Below, in pieces: positions 40,615-52,332 of a DNA stretch of 64,000 bases. Numbering within the stretch: position 1 is the stretch's first letter; every line of letters starts with the position of its first letter. The stretch is from Rhodothermales bacterium (GTDB taxonomy: Bacteria > Bacteroidota > Rhodothermia > Rhodothermales > Bin80), in assembly GCA_022821875.1 (NCBI GenBank), contig JAJECV010000111.1, positions 5,072-69,071 of the forward strand, written 5' to 3'. The notes beneath the pieces were generated by a model that saw nothing but the letters and a program-made list of their open reading frames with translations, did no database searches and was not told the origin of the DNA. The translations under genes and the position numbers were made by a program.

Positions 40615-41027
40615 GGCGAGGGTCGAAAGTAATCCTCAATCCAGTGGTGGATCTGCTGCCGCACACGTCGGAAGGCAGCAAGCCTGTCGGCATCCGAACC
40701 ACGGGCTGCACGGGGGTCTTCGAAGCGGCGGTGAAGGTTCCTTCGGGCGGGAACGAAGGGACAGGCCTCCCGCGCAGAGTCACAGACCGTCACCACGGTA
40801 TCCAGATCCATAGACAGGAATTCGCCGACATCTTTGGAGGTATGATTCCGGATGTCAATCCCGATTTCCGCCATGGCACGGACTGCCAGCGGGCTCACAC
40901 CGCCGGGTTCTGTCCCCGCACTGTAGACTTCATAGTGCTCCCCGTAAAGCTGGCGCAGCAGCCCTTCGGCCATCTGCGAGCGGGAGGAGTTATGCGTGCA
41001 GACAAACAGCACCGTCGGTTTACTCAT
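40611..41027 (-). CDS. arsC: Arsenate reductase, LMW-PTP fold
   Basis: FVCTHNSSRSQMAE, SAG, TVC..AREACP, FEDP. Confidence 0.88.
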   Translation of the reverse strand: MSKPTVLFVCTHNSSRSQMAEGLLRQLYGEHYEVYSAGTEPGGVSPLAVRAMAEIGIDIRNHTSKDVGEFLSMDLDTVVTVCDSAREACPFVPARRNLHRRFEDPRAARGSDADRLAAFRRVRQQIHHWIEDYFRPSP

Positions 41028-44000
41028 TCCGTTTTTTCTCTTTCCATTCAAGATGCACCCGCTGGGTTCCAAAGGTCGTCCCCAGAGATGCGATCACTTC
41101 CGAATTTGACGCGATGGCCGTGTTCTCACTGACAAGTTTCAACTCCCGGCCGTTTTCCTTCACCTTAAAGAAAAGTTTCTTTTCTCCAGGGTTCTTTTTG
41201 CATGTCAGAATGAAGTGCCTGAGATCCTCGTCCTTCAGTTGCTCAAAGTCCGGGGTGATGACAATGTTGTCCAGAAGGTCTCCCCGGATTGCACTCAGCG
41301 GGATGATGCGGCGAACAAGGACTTTGGTTACTCCGCCACTCTCTTCCAGCTCACCGGAGGCCATCACGAGGGCGCTCTCCTGAAGATAGTCTTTAAACTC
41401 CTCGTGTACGGAAGGGAAGCAGACGAGCTCTGCCTGTCCCGTACGATCTTCAATCATGGCCGAGGACATTAAATCCCCTTTACGAGTCTTTCTGGGCTTG
41501 ACCAGCGTAATGACCCCGCAGACAGAGCGGTAGGGTCGCTCCTCACTCTTTGCCACCAGTTCGGCGATCCCTGCCAGATTGGAATCGGCGGAGGCACGCT
41601 GCTCCAGTTCCCAGCCGTCCAGCGGATGCCCCGAAATATAAAAGCCGGCCAGCTCCCGCTCCATCGCAAGTATTTCTGTGTGGGACCATTCGTCACACAC
41701 AGGTAACTTGGGCTCGGCAATTTCGATACTTGCATCATCGTCTGTAAACAGGAAGCCCTGCCCCATCGCTTCATCCCGCTTGGCCCGTTCTGCATAATGA
41801 ATGGCGAGGTCCAGGGCTTCAACGATCTGTGCCCGATGGGTGCCAAATTCATCCAGCGCCCCCACACGGGCCAGAGAGTCCAGGGACTTCTTGTTGAGGA
41901 TACGCGGATCCAGGCGTTTTACGAACTCAAAGAGGGTGGCTGCCGGTCCCTCTTTGTCCCGGTTGGCGACGATATGGTCCACGGCGGTCTTAGCAACGCC
42001 CTTGACCGAGGATAGTCCAAAGTGAATCTTTCCCTCATGGTCAACGGAGAAGTGTTCCCTGCTGTTCTTGACCGAGGGAGGCCTCAACTGCAGCCCTATA
42101 CGTCGCGCATCGTCCAGAGTTGCGATGAATTTTTTTGAATCTCCGGACACATTGGTCATGACTGCGGCCATGAATTCGGCCTTATAATGCCTTTTCAGGT
42201 AGGCCGTATGGTAGGCAATCAGGGAGTAGGCAACGCTGTGACTGTTGTGTACGATGAACTCATTTGCAATGTAGTTATGATCTTCCGCCACGGTGAGATC
42301 GTAGGTGTGTGCATAGCCCGCCGGGAGGATGGCCGCAATGGTGTCCCAGAGGATCTGTACACCGGCATCCACGACACCGGTATGTGCTTCCCCGTGACCT
42401 GCCAAAAGCGGGGAAGATTCGGGCGCAATCGTTGCGATCTGATCGCCTGCATACAGATTTTCCAGACGCTGCCAGTCTCGGCGTACGCGGAACCGGTGGG
42501 CTGCGGTGGTACGGATCTGCCGTCCATTTTGCGTGACCAGTTCAAAGACCGGCTTGAATCCGTTATAGTAGACCCCCTCCACATCCCGCGGAACCAGATC
42601 GCCATCCTGTGTGAGCGCATAGACCTGAACCCCTTCCCATCCTTCTTCATGGAGTTGACGGACGGGTACCTGTACCCCTGTACGCGCATTGGTGATGAGA
42701 GTGGATTCATCAATGCACTTATTAAATCCGTATCCGGCAAACTTATCCATCATGTCAAAGACTTCGTTGGCAGTTTTTTCGGGGACCCCGCGTTCGACGG
42801 CCCCCTTGACGAACCGTTTGCGCTGGGCTTTCATTTCGGACTTCTTCTTCTTTCCCATGGCGCGGCGCAGGATATCGGCGGCACCGAGCGAATAGCCTCC
42901 CATCACCTGGGCCATTTGCATGACCTGCTCCTGAAATACGGGGATCCCGTAGGTCGCTTTCAGGACCGGCTCCAGGATCTCATGCGGGTATTCAACGGCT
43001 TCCTGACCGTGTTTGCGCTTGATATAGTTTGGAATCAGGTCCATGGGGCCCGGCCGGTAGAGTGCATTCATGGCGATTAAATCATCCAGGGAGGTGGGCT
43101 TCAACTGGACAAGCCATTTCCGCATGCCATCCGATTCAAACTGGAAAATGGCGTTGGTCTCTCCCCGCTGGAAGAGTTCAAAGGTTGGCATATCATCCAG
43201 GGGCAGCGTGTCTATGTCGGGTGCGCTCCCCCCGCGTTCCTGAATAATTTTGCAGGTATCATTAATGATGGTCAGGGTGGAAAGACCAAGAAAGTCCATC
43301 TTCAGCAGGCCAAAATTCTCTACCCAGTCCCCCGAATACTGGGTGGTCAGAACCTGCTCGTCTTTGTTTTTTGTGGTGGCGACCGGAACATAATCACTGA
43401 CAATACCGGGCGCAATGATGACCCCCGCCGCATGAACGCCCGTGTGCCGGGCACACCCTTCCAGAACCTGTGAGGCTTTGATCAGGGTTTTGATTTCTTT
43501 CTGGTCAGATTTGACCAGTTCCCTGATCTCGTCCACGGTCTTTAATGCCTCGTCCAGACTGGTTCCAAAGGGGATAGATTTTGCCAGTCGGTCCACTTCC
43601 TTAAGCGGAATCCTTAGGACCCGCGCCACATCCCGGATGACGGTGCGTGCCCCCATGGTGCCGAAGGTGATAATCTGGCTCACGTTTTGTCGACCATATT
43701 TTTTGACCACATAATCAATCACCCTGGCCCGCCCGTGGTCATCAAAATCAATATCAATATCGGGCATGGAAATGCGCTCCGGATTCAGGAAGCGCTCAAA
43801 GAGCAGGTCATACTTGAGGGGGTCAACGTTTGTAATTCCGAGGCAGTAGGCCACCGCGCTGCCGGCGGCCGAGCCTCGCCCGGGGCCGACAGATACCCCC
43901 ATTTCACGAGCGGCGGTGGTAAAATCCTGCACGACCAGAAAGTAGCCGGCGTAGCCCATTTCGCGGATGATCCCCAGTTCGGTGAGCAGGCGGGCCTGCA

Positions 44001-44955
44001 CCTCGTCCGAGAATTCGGGGTACCGCTTTCGGCCCCGCTCAAATACCATATGCTTCAGGTATTCGTCGGCATTATCTTCAAATTCACCGGGGATCTGGAA
44101 ATGCGGCATCAGCAGCTTCCCCATCGGCAGATCAAACTGGCATTTTTCGGCAATTTCCAGGCTGTTCTCCATCCAGAGGGCCGCCTCGGGCCTGTTACCC
44201 AGGGTGACATGCATCTCGTCTGCGGACTTCAGATAGAACTCCTTTTTATCGAAACGAAGACGCTGCGGATCCTCGAGATCCTTTCCGGTCTGAAGGCAGA
44301 GGAGGATGTCCTGGGCAAACGCGTCCTCCTTCATCACATAGTGGACATCGTTGGTGGCAAGCACCTTTAGATTAAATTCAGATGCCCATTTCAGGAGCGT
44401 TTCATTGACCAGCGCCTGCTCCTCAATCCCGTGATCCTGAATCTCCACATAGTAATCCTCGGTGCCGAACAGATCGATATACTTTTTCAGCCATCTGCGT
44501 GCTTCCTCCAGATTGCCGTTGATGATCGCCTGGGGGACTTGTCCCTGAAGGCAGCAGGTGGAGGCAACGAGGCCTTCGTGATATTTTGTAAGAAGGTCAA
44601 AATCAATGCGGGGTTTGAAATAAAATCCATCCAGGAAGGACAGGGAGGACAGCTTGATCAGGTTGCGGTAGCCCACCTCATTTTTGGCCCAGAGGATCTG
44701 ATGGTACCGTACCCGGTCTTTCCGCTCCTGCATCGGGCTTGCGCAGAGATAGAATTCGCAGCCGATGACCGGCCGGATGCCGCTGCGTTTCGCAATGGAG
44801 TGAAATTCCGGCACCCCGTACAGGTTGCCGTGATCCGAAATGCCCAGGGCATCCATACCGAGCCTTTTTGCCTGCCCGACGAGGGAGTCAATTCGCGCAG
44901 CGCCATCGAGCAGGGAGTAGGAGGTATGGCAGTGTAAGTGACAGAATTCAGACAT
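41020..44955 (-). CDS. dnaE: DNA polymerase III alpha subunit, intein-containing
   Basis: HLHCHTSYSLLDG PHP domain, GPGRGSAAGS, PDIDIDF, GYGFNK/[insert]/SHSVAY. Confidence 0.97.
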   Translation of the reverse strand: MSEFCHLHCHTSYSLLDGAARIDSLVGQAKRLGMDALGISDHGNLYGVPEFHSIAKRSGIRPVIGCEFYLCASPMQERKDRVRYHQILWAKNEVGYRNLIKLSSLSFLDGFYFKPRIDFDLLTKYHEGLVASTCCLQGQVPQAIINGNLEEARRWLKKYIDLFGTEDYYVEIQDHGIEEQALVNETLLKWASEFNLKVLATNDVHYVMKEDAFAQDILLCLQTGKDLEDPQRLRFDKKEFYLKSADEMHVTLGNRPEAALWMENSLEIAEKCQFDLPMGKLLMPHFQIPGEFEDNADEYLKHMVFERGRKRYPEFSDEVQARLLTELGIIREMGYAGYFLVVQDFTTAAREMGVSVGPGRGSAAGSAVAYCLGITNVDPLKYDLLFERFLNPERISMPDIDIDFDDHGRARVIDYVVKKYGRQNVSQIITFGTMGARTVIRDVARVLRIPLKEVDRLAKSIPFGTSLDEALKTVDEIRELVKSDQKEIKTLIKASQVLEGCARHTGVHAAGVIIAPGIVSDYVPVATTKNKDEQVLTTQYSGDWVENFGLLKMDFLGLSTLTIINDTCKIIQERGGSAPDIDTLPLDDMPTFELFQRGETNAIFQFESDGMRKWLVQLKPTSLDDLIAMNALYRPGPMDLIPNYIKRKHGQEAVEYPHEILEPVLKATYGIPVFQEQVMQMAQVMGGYSLGAADILRRAMGKKKKSEMKAQRKRFVKGAVERGVPEKTANEVFDMMDKFAGYGFNKCIDESTLITNARTGVQVPVRQLHEEGWEGVQVYALTQDGDLVPRDVEGVYYNGFKPVFELVTQNGRQIRTTAAHRFRVRRDWQRLENLYAGDQIATIAPESSPLLAGHGEAHTGVVDAGVQILWDTIAAILPAGYAHTYDLTVAEDHNYIANEFIVHNSHSVAYSLIAYHTAYLKRHYKAEFMAAVMTNVSGDSKKFIATLDDARRIGLQLRPPSVKNSREHFSVDHEGKIHFGLSSVKGVAKTAVDHIVANRDKEGPAATLFEFVKRLDPRILNKKSLDSLARVGALDEFGTHRAQIVEALDLAIHYAERAKRDEAMGQGFLFTDDDASIEIAEPKLPVCDEWSHTEILAMERELAGFYISGHPLDGWELEQRASADSNLAGIAELVAKSEERPYRSVCGVITLVKPRKTRKGDLMSSAMIEDRTGQAELVCFPSVHEEFKDYLQESALVMASGELEESGGVTKVLVRRIIPLSAIRGDLLDNIVITPDFEQLKDEDLRHFILTCKKNPGEKKLFFKVKENGRELKLVSENTAIASNSEVIASLGTTFGTQRVHLEWKEKKRNE
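42244..42717 (-). other. Mini-intein (158 aa) in DnaE between FNK and SH
   Basis: Starts CIDEST, block B TTAAHRF, ends TYDLTVAEDHNYIANEFIVHN then +1 Ser; no endonuclease domain. Confidence 0.93.
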
Positions 44956-45226
44956 GCAGCAGGTGTGGCAATCTCAATGAACAGGGTGTGCAGGCAAAGA
45001 TACGCAGTTGTGGAATTACACCGCCCTTACAGGCGCAGGATTCGAGGGTATCGCAGGGCGCATGCAGTGAATGTTTCCGTATCGGAACGTTGTCCGGGCC
45101 TCCGGGAACTGCCCTTCCTCTGAACCGGTAATTTCAGACTGGAACATTGAAAATCCAGGATGATGAATAAGGAGGCAGATGTCCCGACTGTTCACATCCT
45201 GGATGCAATCGGGATATCTGCCTGTA

Positions 45227-47419
45227 TTATGGCTGTGCAAGATCAAAGCGGTCAAGATTCATGACCTTTGTCCATGCTGCCGCAAATGTTTGGACAAAGA
45301 GTTCGTCGGCATCCTCACAGGCAAATGTCTCCGCAATGGCACGCAGCTGTGAGTTGGAGCCAAAGATCAGGTCAACGGCCGAGCCGGTCCATTTCAGCGT
45401 TCCGGTCTGGTAATCATGTCCTTCAAAGACACCGCAACGGGAGGCGGAGCGGGTCCATGCGGTATCCATATCCAGCAGATTCACAAAAAAGTCACGGGTG
45501 AGCAGGCCCGGCCGATCTGTGAATACGCCCAGATCCGACGCATCAAAATTCGCATGAAGCACGCGCAATCCACCGACCAGTACGGTCATCTCCACCGGAG
45601 TCAGGGTCAGCATGGCGGCGCGGTCCACCAGCAGTTCTTCGGCGGACCGGGACTGTCCCGGCTTGATGTAGTTGCGGAATCCGTCTGCAACCGGCTCCAG
45701 CACGGCGAACGAGTCCTGATCCGTGGCATCCTGTGTGGCATCGGTGCGGCCTGCCGAGAAAGGGATCTCAAGGCTGTGTCCGGCCCGCTTTGCCGCTTCC
45801 TCGACGGCGGCGCAGCCTCCCAGCACAATCACATCTGCGAGGGAAACCTCTTTATGGTGCTCTGCCGAGAATTCCGACCGGACCTGCTGCAGGGTATCCA
45901 GCACTTTCCTGAGCCGGGCGGGATGGTTGACCTCCCAGTTGCGCTGCGGTGCCAGGCGAAGACGGCCCCCGTTCGCTCCGCCGCGCCTGTCGGTCCCCCG
46001 AAAGGTGGATGCTGCCGCCCAGGCGGTCCGGACCAGTTCCGAAACCGTCAGTCCTGATGCAAGGATGCGTCCCTTCAGCAGGTCAGTCTCCCGGGCATCT
46101 ATCAGTTCGTGACCAGCTTCCGGCACGGGATCCTGCCACAGCAGCGGCTCGTCTGGAACCTCCGGTCCAAGGTAGCGGCTGATGGGCCCCATGTCCCGGT
46201 GGGTCAACTTGAACCATGCGCGTGCGAAGGCATCCGCGAATTCCTCCGGGTTTTCATGGAATCGTTTCGAGATGGGCGCATAAACCGGATCCACACGAAG
46301 GGCCAGATCGGTGGTCAGCATCATGGGGGCATGGCTTCTGGACGGATCATGCGCATCGGGTACGGTTCCGTTTGCGGAGGCATCCACCGGTGTCCACTGC
46401 ATGGCGCCGCCGGGGCCCTGGACGGGCTCCCATTCGTATCCGAACAGGTTGTCAAAGAAGTTACTGTCCCATTTTGCGGGGGCGGTCGTCCACGCCCCTT
46501 CCAGTCCGCTGGTAATCGTGTCTCCCCCGGCACCGGATCCGAACCGGTTTTTCCAGCCCAGTCCCTGTTCCTCCATAGAAGCGCCTTCCGGTTCAGGGCC
46601 CACATACTTGCCGGCCGGTGCCGCGCCGTGTGCTTTCCCGAATGTATGCCCGCCGGCAATGAGGGCGACGGTTTCTTCGTCGTTCATGGCCATACGTGCG
46701 AACGTCTCCCGAATATCTACGGCGGCGGCCGCGGGATCCGGTTTGCCGTTGGGGCCTTCGGGGTTCACATAAATGAGCCCCATCTGAACGGCCCCCAGCG
46801 GATGCTCCAGATCACGGACACCGGAGTAGCGTTCATCGCCGAGCCAGGTGGTTTCGGATCCCCAGTAGATATCTTCTTCGGGTTCCCATACATCTTCACG
46901 TCCGCCGGCGAATCCGAAAGTTTTCAGGCCCATTGATTCCAGTGCGCAGTTGCCGGTCAGGATCATGAGGTCGGCCCACGAGAGCCGCCGCCCATACTTT
47001 TGTTTGATCGGCCAGAGCAGCCGGCGTGCCTTGTCCAGGTTTGCATTATCCGGCCAGCTGTTGAGCGGGGCAAAGCGGAGCGTGCCGCTGGATGCCCCCC
47101 CGCGTCCATCTCCAATGCGGTAGGTGCCCGCGCTGTGCCAGGCCATGCGGATGAACAGGGGGCCATAGTGGCCGTAGTCGGCCGGCCACCAGTCCTGCGA
47201 CCGGGTCATTGCGGCATAGATATCCTCCTTCAGTTCCTTCAGATTCAGCTTGCCGAATTCCCGGGCATAATTGAAGTCTTCGCCAAACGGGTTCAGTTGG
47301 GGCGGATTCTGGGTAAGGATTTTCAGGTTCAACTGGTTTGGCCACCAGTCCAGATTGGAATAACTTTTTGGTGTCGTGCGGGGTTTGCCTGCCACCGGGC
47401 AGCAGCCTTCGTTGCTCAT
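45227..47419 (-). CDS. katG: Catalase-peroxidase
   Basis: [40 protein letters not shown]. Confidence 0.98.
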   Translation of the reverse strand: MSNEGCCPVAGKPRTTPKSYSNLDWWPNQLNLKILTQNPPQLNPFGEDFNYAREFGKLNLKELKEDIYAAMTRSQDWWPADYGHYGPLFIRMAWHSAGTYRIGDGRGGASSGTLRFAPLNSWPDNANLDKARRLLWPIKQKYGRRLSWADLMILTGNCALESMGLKTFGFAGGREDVWEPEEDIYWGSETTWLGDERYSGVRDLEHPLGAVQMGLIYVNPEGPNGKPDPAAAAVDIRETFARMAMNDEETVALIAGGHTFGKAHGAAPAGKYVGPEPEGASMEEQGLGWKNRFGSGAGGDTITSGLEGAWTTAPAKWDSNFFDNLFGYEWEPVQGPGGAMQWTPVDASANGTVPDAHDPSRSHAPMMLTTDLALRVDPVYAPISKRFHENPEEFADAFARAWFKLTHRDMGPISRYLGPEVPDEPLLWQDPVPEAGHELIDARETDLLKGRILASGLTVSELVRTAWAAASTFRGTDRRGGANGGRLRLAPQRNWEVNHPARLRKVLDTLQQVRSEFSAEHHKEVSLADVIVLGGCAAVEEAAKRAGHSLEIPFSAGRTDATQDATDQDSFAVLEPVADGFRNYIKPGQSRSAEELLVDRAAMLTLTPVEMTVLVGGLRVLHANFDASDLGVFTDRPGLLTRDFFVNLLDMDTAWTRSASRCGVFEGHDYQTGTLKWTGSAVDLIFGSNSQLRAIAETFACEDADELFVQTFAAAWTKVMNLDRFDLAQP

Positions 47420-47750
47420 CGAAAATGTATTGGTTGATAAGATTTGGATGAATCAGGGACAAGGGAAACCCGCAAGTATACGACGGGTTTCTGAATCCCT
47501 GAGAACGGTATGAAAGCACAGTCTGTGCCGACAGGGTAAGATACGAAGTCTGCGGAACATAACCGGTTCAAGTCTGACTTCAACTGCACGATCTGCGCCG
47601 AAGGCGATCCCTGGATTTAGGCAGGCACGAGTTATATCCGCCGGGGAATGGATCACACCAATCCGTGATTTCTTCCGTTTTCCCCTTCGAGCCGGGTATG
47701 GAAACCCTTCGATGTCGTATCTTCGGGTACTGAACAAAAATTTTCTGGCT

Positions 47751-50228
47751 ATGAAATTCCTGCGCGGCTTCCTGATTCCTCTGATTACGCTCACCTTGAT
47801 GGCAGGCTGTTCATCCATGCGCAAGTCTGCCCCTGCCGTGGCAGACAAGCCTGCGGAATCAGAAAGTAAAAAGGAGGATGATTCCAAAAAATACAGCGAT
47901 ATAATCACCGAGGATGCGGTGACGGACGAAGGACTGTTCAAGGTGCATCAGATTGAAGAAAAGCTGTACTTCGAGATTCCCGACTCCCTTCTGGACACGG
48001 AAATGCTTCTGGTGACACGTCAGGCGGCAACCATGAACAACATGGGGTACGGAGGCATGAAGACGAGTACTCAGGTACTCCGCTGGCAGAAACAGGCCAA
48101 AAAGATTATGCTGCGGATTGTGTCCTATGAGAATGTCGCGGACGAGGAGGAGCCGATTTATAATGCGGTTCGCAACTCAAACTTTGAGCCGATTCTGCGC
48201 TCATTTGATATTGAGACGCTGAACGAGGACTCCACCGCGAATGTGATTGAGGTCACGGACCTGTTCACATCGGATGTCCCATCGCTCGGATTGCCCTCAT
48301 TCCGGCGGGAGCAGTACCGGGTGCGCCGCCTGGATTCGGATCGGACCTATATTGTTTCGGCGAAGAGTTATCCGCTGAATGTTGAGGTCAGGCATGTGCT
48401 GAGTTATGATGCGGCGGAGCCGCCCTCCAATTCGGCGGCGGGAACGGTTTCGGTTGAGATGAACCAGTCCATGATCCTGTTGCCGCAGGATCCGATGCAG
48501 CCCAGGCTCTGCGACCAGCGCGTAGGTTTTTTCAGCGTGACCATGACCGATTACGGCCGGGATGCACAGAAGGCGGAGGAGCGGTGCTATATCACACGGT
48601 GGCGGCTTGAGCCCAAAGATCCCGAAGCGTATGCACGGGGCGAGTTGAGCGAGCCCGTCAAGCCGATTGTCTACTACATTGATCCGGCCACGCCAATGAA
48701 ATGGCGGCCCTACCTGAAGCAGGGGGTGGAAGACTGGAATCAGGCCTTTGAAGTCGCGGGGTTCAAGAATGCCATTATGGCCAAAGACCCGCCGACGGAG
48801 GAAGAAGACCCGGAGTTCAGCCCCGAGGATGTGCGCTACTCCGTAATCCGCTATTTCTCTTCGGACATACAGAATGCGTTCGGTCCGCATGTTCATGATC
48901 CGCGTACCGGCGAAATTCTGGAGAGTGACATAGGCTGGTATCACAATGTGATGAACCTGCTTCGGAACTGGTTCTTTGTCCAGACTGCTGCGGTCAATCC
49001 TGATGCCCGTTCGGTGAAGTTCAGGGATGAGGTGATGGGACGGCTGATCCGGTTTGTATCGGCCCATGAGGTCGGACACACGATTGGGTTGCCCCATAAC
49101 TGGGGATCCAGTGCAGCCTACCCGGTGGATTCGCTGCGCTCACCTGTATTCACGGACACCCATGGAACGGCTCCCTCCATCATGGATTATGCCCGGTTCA
49201 ACTATGTGGCGCAGCCGGGGGATGGGGTCACAAATCTGATGCCGGATGTGGGGATTTACGATAAGTGGTCTGTGCAGTGGGGATATACGGTGATCCCGGA
49301 TGCAGCATCCGCGGATGAGGAGCGCGAAACCCTCAATGAGTGGGTGGTTGAGCGTGCCGGAGATCCCCTTTATTTCTACGGCCGTCAGGGGCCGCGTGTG
49401 GATCCGAGGTCGCAGAATGAGGACTTGGGTGATGATGCGGTCAAAGCGAGTGATTACGGAATTGCCAACCTGAAGGTGATCCTGGAGGATCTGATTGACT
49501 GGACGGCGGAGGATGCCAAGGATTACGGGGATCTGAATGAACTCTACGGTCAGATTGCCGTCCAGTGGAACCGCTACATTGGTCATGTGGCGGCGAATGT
49601 AGGGGGGCATCATGAGAATTTTAAAACCTATGATCAGGATGGGGTCGTCTATACGCCGGTGCCGGTTGAGGTCCAGCGCGGTGCAATGGACTGGCTTACC
49701 AGAGAGGCATTTGCAACCCCCAACTGGATCCTGAATAATGATATCCTTCGCCGGATTGAGGGGGTTGGCGCCATGGATCGTGTCCGCCGTTATCAGGTTG
49801 GTGCGGTGAATACGCTTCTGAATCCGATCCGTATTGGACGGCTGATGGAGACGGAAGCTCTGGCGAATGGGGCGGAGGTCTATACCTTTTCGGAACTTAT
49901 GAGTGATCTGCGGGACGGAATCTGGACGGAACTGCCGAGGGCTTCGGCGATCGGCCCGTTCCGGCGCAACCTGCAGCGGGGACATCTGGAGCGTCTTGAG
50001 TATCTGATGACCGAGGAGGCCGCGCCGGTGCCGTCGTTCTTTGCCGGTTTCGGGATGGCTCCCGTTGATGTGAGTCAGTCGGATATCCGTGCGTATGTGC
50101 GCGGGGAGCTCAAGTCCCTGAAGACCGCGGTTGACCGGGCCGCCAGACGGACCGGCGACCGGATGACCCGGCTTCACCTGGAAGATGTCAGTGTCCGTAT
50201 TGAAGACATTCTTGACGGCGAAGACTAG
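47751..50228 (+). CDS. Zinc-dependent metalloprotease lipoprotein (DUF5117/DUF4953-type)
   Basis: Lipobox LMAGC; HEVGHTIGLPHN metzincin motif; SIMDY Met-turn. Confidence 0.9.
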   Translation: MKFLRGFLIPLITLTLMAGCSSMRKSAPAVADKPAESESKKEDDSKKYSDIITEDAVTDEGLFKVHQIEEKLYFEIPDSLLDTEMLLVTRQAATMNNMGYGGMKTSTQVLRWQKQAKKIMLRIVSYENVADEEEPIYNAVRNSNFEPILRSFDIETLNEDSTANVIEVTDLFTSDVPSLGLPSFRREQYRVRRLDSDRTYIVSAKSYPLNVEVRHVLSYDAAEPPSNSAAGTVSVEMNQSMILLPQDPMQPRLCDQRVGFFSVTMTDYGRDAQKAEERCYITRWRLEPKDPEAYARGELSEPVKPIVYYIDPATPMKWRPYLKQGVEDWNQAFEVAGFKNAIMAKDPPTEEEDPEFSPEDVRYSVIRYFSSDIQNAFGPHVHDPRTGEILESDIGWYHNVMNLLRNWFFVQTAAVNPDARSVKFRDEVMGRLIRFVSAHEVGHTIGLPHNWGSSAAYPVDSLRSPVFTDTHGTAPSIMDYARFNYVAQPGDGVTNLMPDVGIYDKWSVQWGYTVIPDAASADEERETLNEWVVERAGDPLYFYGRQGPRVDPRSQNEDLGDDAVKASDYGIANLKVILEDLIDWTAEDAKDYGDLNELYGQIAVQWNRYIGHVAANVGGHHENFKTYDQDGVVYTPVPVEVQRGAMDWLTREAFATPNWILNNDILRRIEGVGAMDRVRRYQVGAVNTLLNPIRIGRLMETEALANGAEVYTFSELMSDLRDGIWTELPRASAIGPFRRNLQRGHLERLEYLMTEEAAPVPSFFAGFGMAPVDVSQSDIRAYVRGELKSLKTAVDRAARRTGDRMTRLHLEDVSVRIEDILDGED

Positions 50229-51003
50229 GGTTTTCAGTTTGTAGCGGGATTACGCATGTTGCGGTGTGCGTATTCCTGATGATGTGGGGAAAATCACTTC
50301 ACTGCATGTGGACGGTCCGGGTTGTGCCTGTCCGGTATCGGATCCGGCAGGGCCCCCATTGGCACGGATGTGCCTCGCAGGCGAGGATCGAACCCTCAAC
50401 ATTCTTCGGGGGTTGGAGTTTTTGGTGTTCTGGATTCCAGGTCATAACAGTTGCCTGCAGAGGGTGTGCCTGTGGACGGTTTGAGTTGATTCGTTCCATC
50501 AGGAATCCTGCGCCGGGTGCAGTTTACGGGGCATTAACGGTCTCTCCATCCGGTCAGCACACCGCAAATTGCCTGCATCACGGTGTCTAGACACACGGTA
50601 AGCTATTGCTATTGAGATTCGGATTTACGGACTCCCGGGTGGATGATCTGGATTGCTGTGAGATAGTTTGAGTTTTGCCGCTATTCTGTTTCCTGCATCT
50701 GCACGAACGATACTCCATGGGTACGCAGCTGCTATCCGTCTTTATTCCCTTCGGTTGTGCCAGCGTATCGGGCGGTCCAGTTAATTGGCGCGGAACATCA
50801 TGGACGGCCGGCTCTGTGTTGGTGAAAATAGAATTCAGAGAGGGAAGCACAGCCAAGTCAGCCGGGGAGAGTCCGTCTGAATGGTGTCCATCAGGAAAAG
50901 AGGATGTGCCTTATATTACAGATCAACCTGCCATCTGTTTCAACAAAAGGATACTCCCCGTGTGTGGAAGCAGAGGTGATCAGCAATTCTGAAAATAGAA
51001 GAT

Positions 51004-52332
51004 ATGACCGGTACAATGGACTCAAAAGATCCGAACCTCGAAAAGATAAAGTTTACGATTGGCACCTGGAATATGGACCATTGGAAGCGGACGAGAGAAC
51101 AGCGGGAAAAGGGATGGGAATATATGCGAACGGAATCCAAAGCGGATGTGATGCTTCTTCAGGAGAGTGTTGCTGCACCGGGTTTGAACCGAAGCCAGTT
51201 TGTCTATCGTGAGATTTCGGGGCATTGCCCGTGGGGGTCCAGTGTGGTTGCGTTTAACGAGGACATGAATGTTCAGGAGATTGATGCGGTGCGCACGCGT
51301 TACGGGGCTAAGCGGTTTAGCATGTTGGGGACATTTCCAGGTGCGGTGATCGTTACACAGGTTGAAGTTCCGGGAATTGGCCCGATCACCTGTGTGAGTG
51401 TTTATGGTCTTATTAATGTCTATGCGCAAACAACGATACTCCGAGTCATCGCCGATTTGATTCCTCTGTTTGATTCCCGGTTTGGCAGCCGGGTAGTGTT
51501 AGGAGGTGATCTCAATATCAGCAGTGCCTGTAACAGGGACAGACTGCACGAGCCGGAACAGATTCGTTACAGGGCCATTCTCAATGCGATAGAGTCTCTG
51601 GGGTTAATAAATCTTGCAAAAACTGCTGAAGACCGGCCAAAGTCAGTACTGAATTGCCCCTGTACCGAAAATGAGTGTTATGAAATTCCAACTTACCGCG
51701 GCGGACAACTTGACTGGCTTTATGCGACACCTGAGCTTGCCCGCAGATGTACGCGCCTGCGCGTTGACCACGATGTGGTCTATAAATTAGAGTTAAGTGA
51801 CCATGCGCCACTGATTGCAGAGTTTGAAATCCCTCCAACCGTGCCGGATCGGATTTGGGATCCGGAAGCATTCGTTGAAGAGATGAAGTTCACTGCGGGC
51901 CCGGAAGCTGCCCGGATTGCCGAGGATCTGATCAACTGGGCAGATCGTAAGCATGGCAAACTCCAATCCCCCGCGCACCGGGTGTCTTATGATCGCTTAC
52001 CGACAGGGATGGCGAGCGGCAAATTGAAGATCTGGTTCCAGTTGGATATCGTTCCCCGGGAAATCATTCAATGGACCTTCAGTATTCTCGCGGATGGCGA
52101 GATCGAAATCAATTTTCAATGGATGATTGCGCCATATGACGATTTAGATGTTAAGGAAAAACTGTGGAATGCGCTCAATCAGATTGAGGGGGTATCCCTT
52201 CAAAAGAATCTCACAGGCCGTCCGAGATTTCGAATCGGAGCGCTTGCGGAACCGGATCGGCTGGAACAGTTCACGAAGGTGTTTTCGGACATGATTGATA
52301 CCACTCTGCGTCGCAGAAATGTGGTCAAATAG
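51004..52332 (+). CDS. Endonuclease/exonuclease/phosphatase (EEP) protein with extra C-terminal domain
   Basis: TWN, LLQE, GGDLN, QLDWL, LSDHAP catalytic motifs; ~160-aa C-terminal extension. Confidence 0.85.
   Translation: MTGTMDSKDPNLEKIKFTIGTWNMDHWKRTREQREKGWEYMRTESKADVMLLQESVAAPGLNRSQFVYREISGHCPWGSSVVAFNEDMNVQEIDAVRTRYGAKRFSMLGTFPGAVIVTQVEVPGIGPITCVSVYGLINVYAQTTILRVIADLIPLFDSRFGSRVVLGGDLNISSACNRDRLHEPEQIRYRAILNAIESLGLINLAKTAEDRPKSVLNCPCTENECYEIPTYRGGQLDWLYATPELARRCTRLRVDHDVVYKLELSDHAPLIAEFEIPPTVPDRIWDPEAFVEEMKFTAGPEAARIAEDLINWADRKHGKLQSPAHRVSYDRLPTGMASGKLKIWFQLDIVPREIIQWTFSILADGEIEINFQWMIAPYDDLDVKEKLWNALNQIEGVSLQKNLTGRPRFRIGALAEPDRLEQFTKVFSDMIDTTLRRRNVVK

Noticed and set aside
19468-50594. 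GTGTCTAGACAC palindrome at ~19468 and ~50583, with related arms at 35189-35225
   Set aside because: One copy lies inside a CDS and no shared flanks were seen; too few copies to call a repeat family.
50229-51003. tRNA or att site at the left island boundary
   Set aside because: No cloverleaf/T-loop motif, integrase or direct repeat could be identified by eye.
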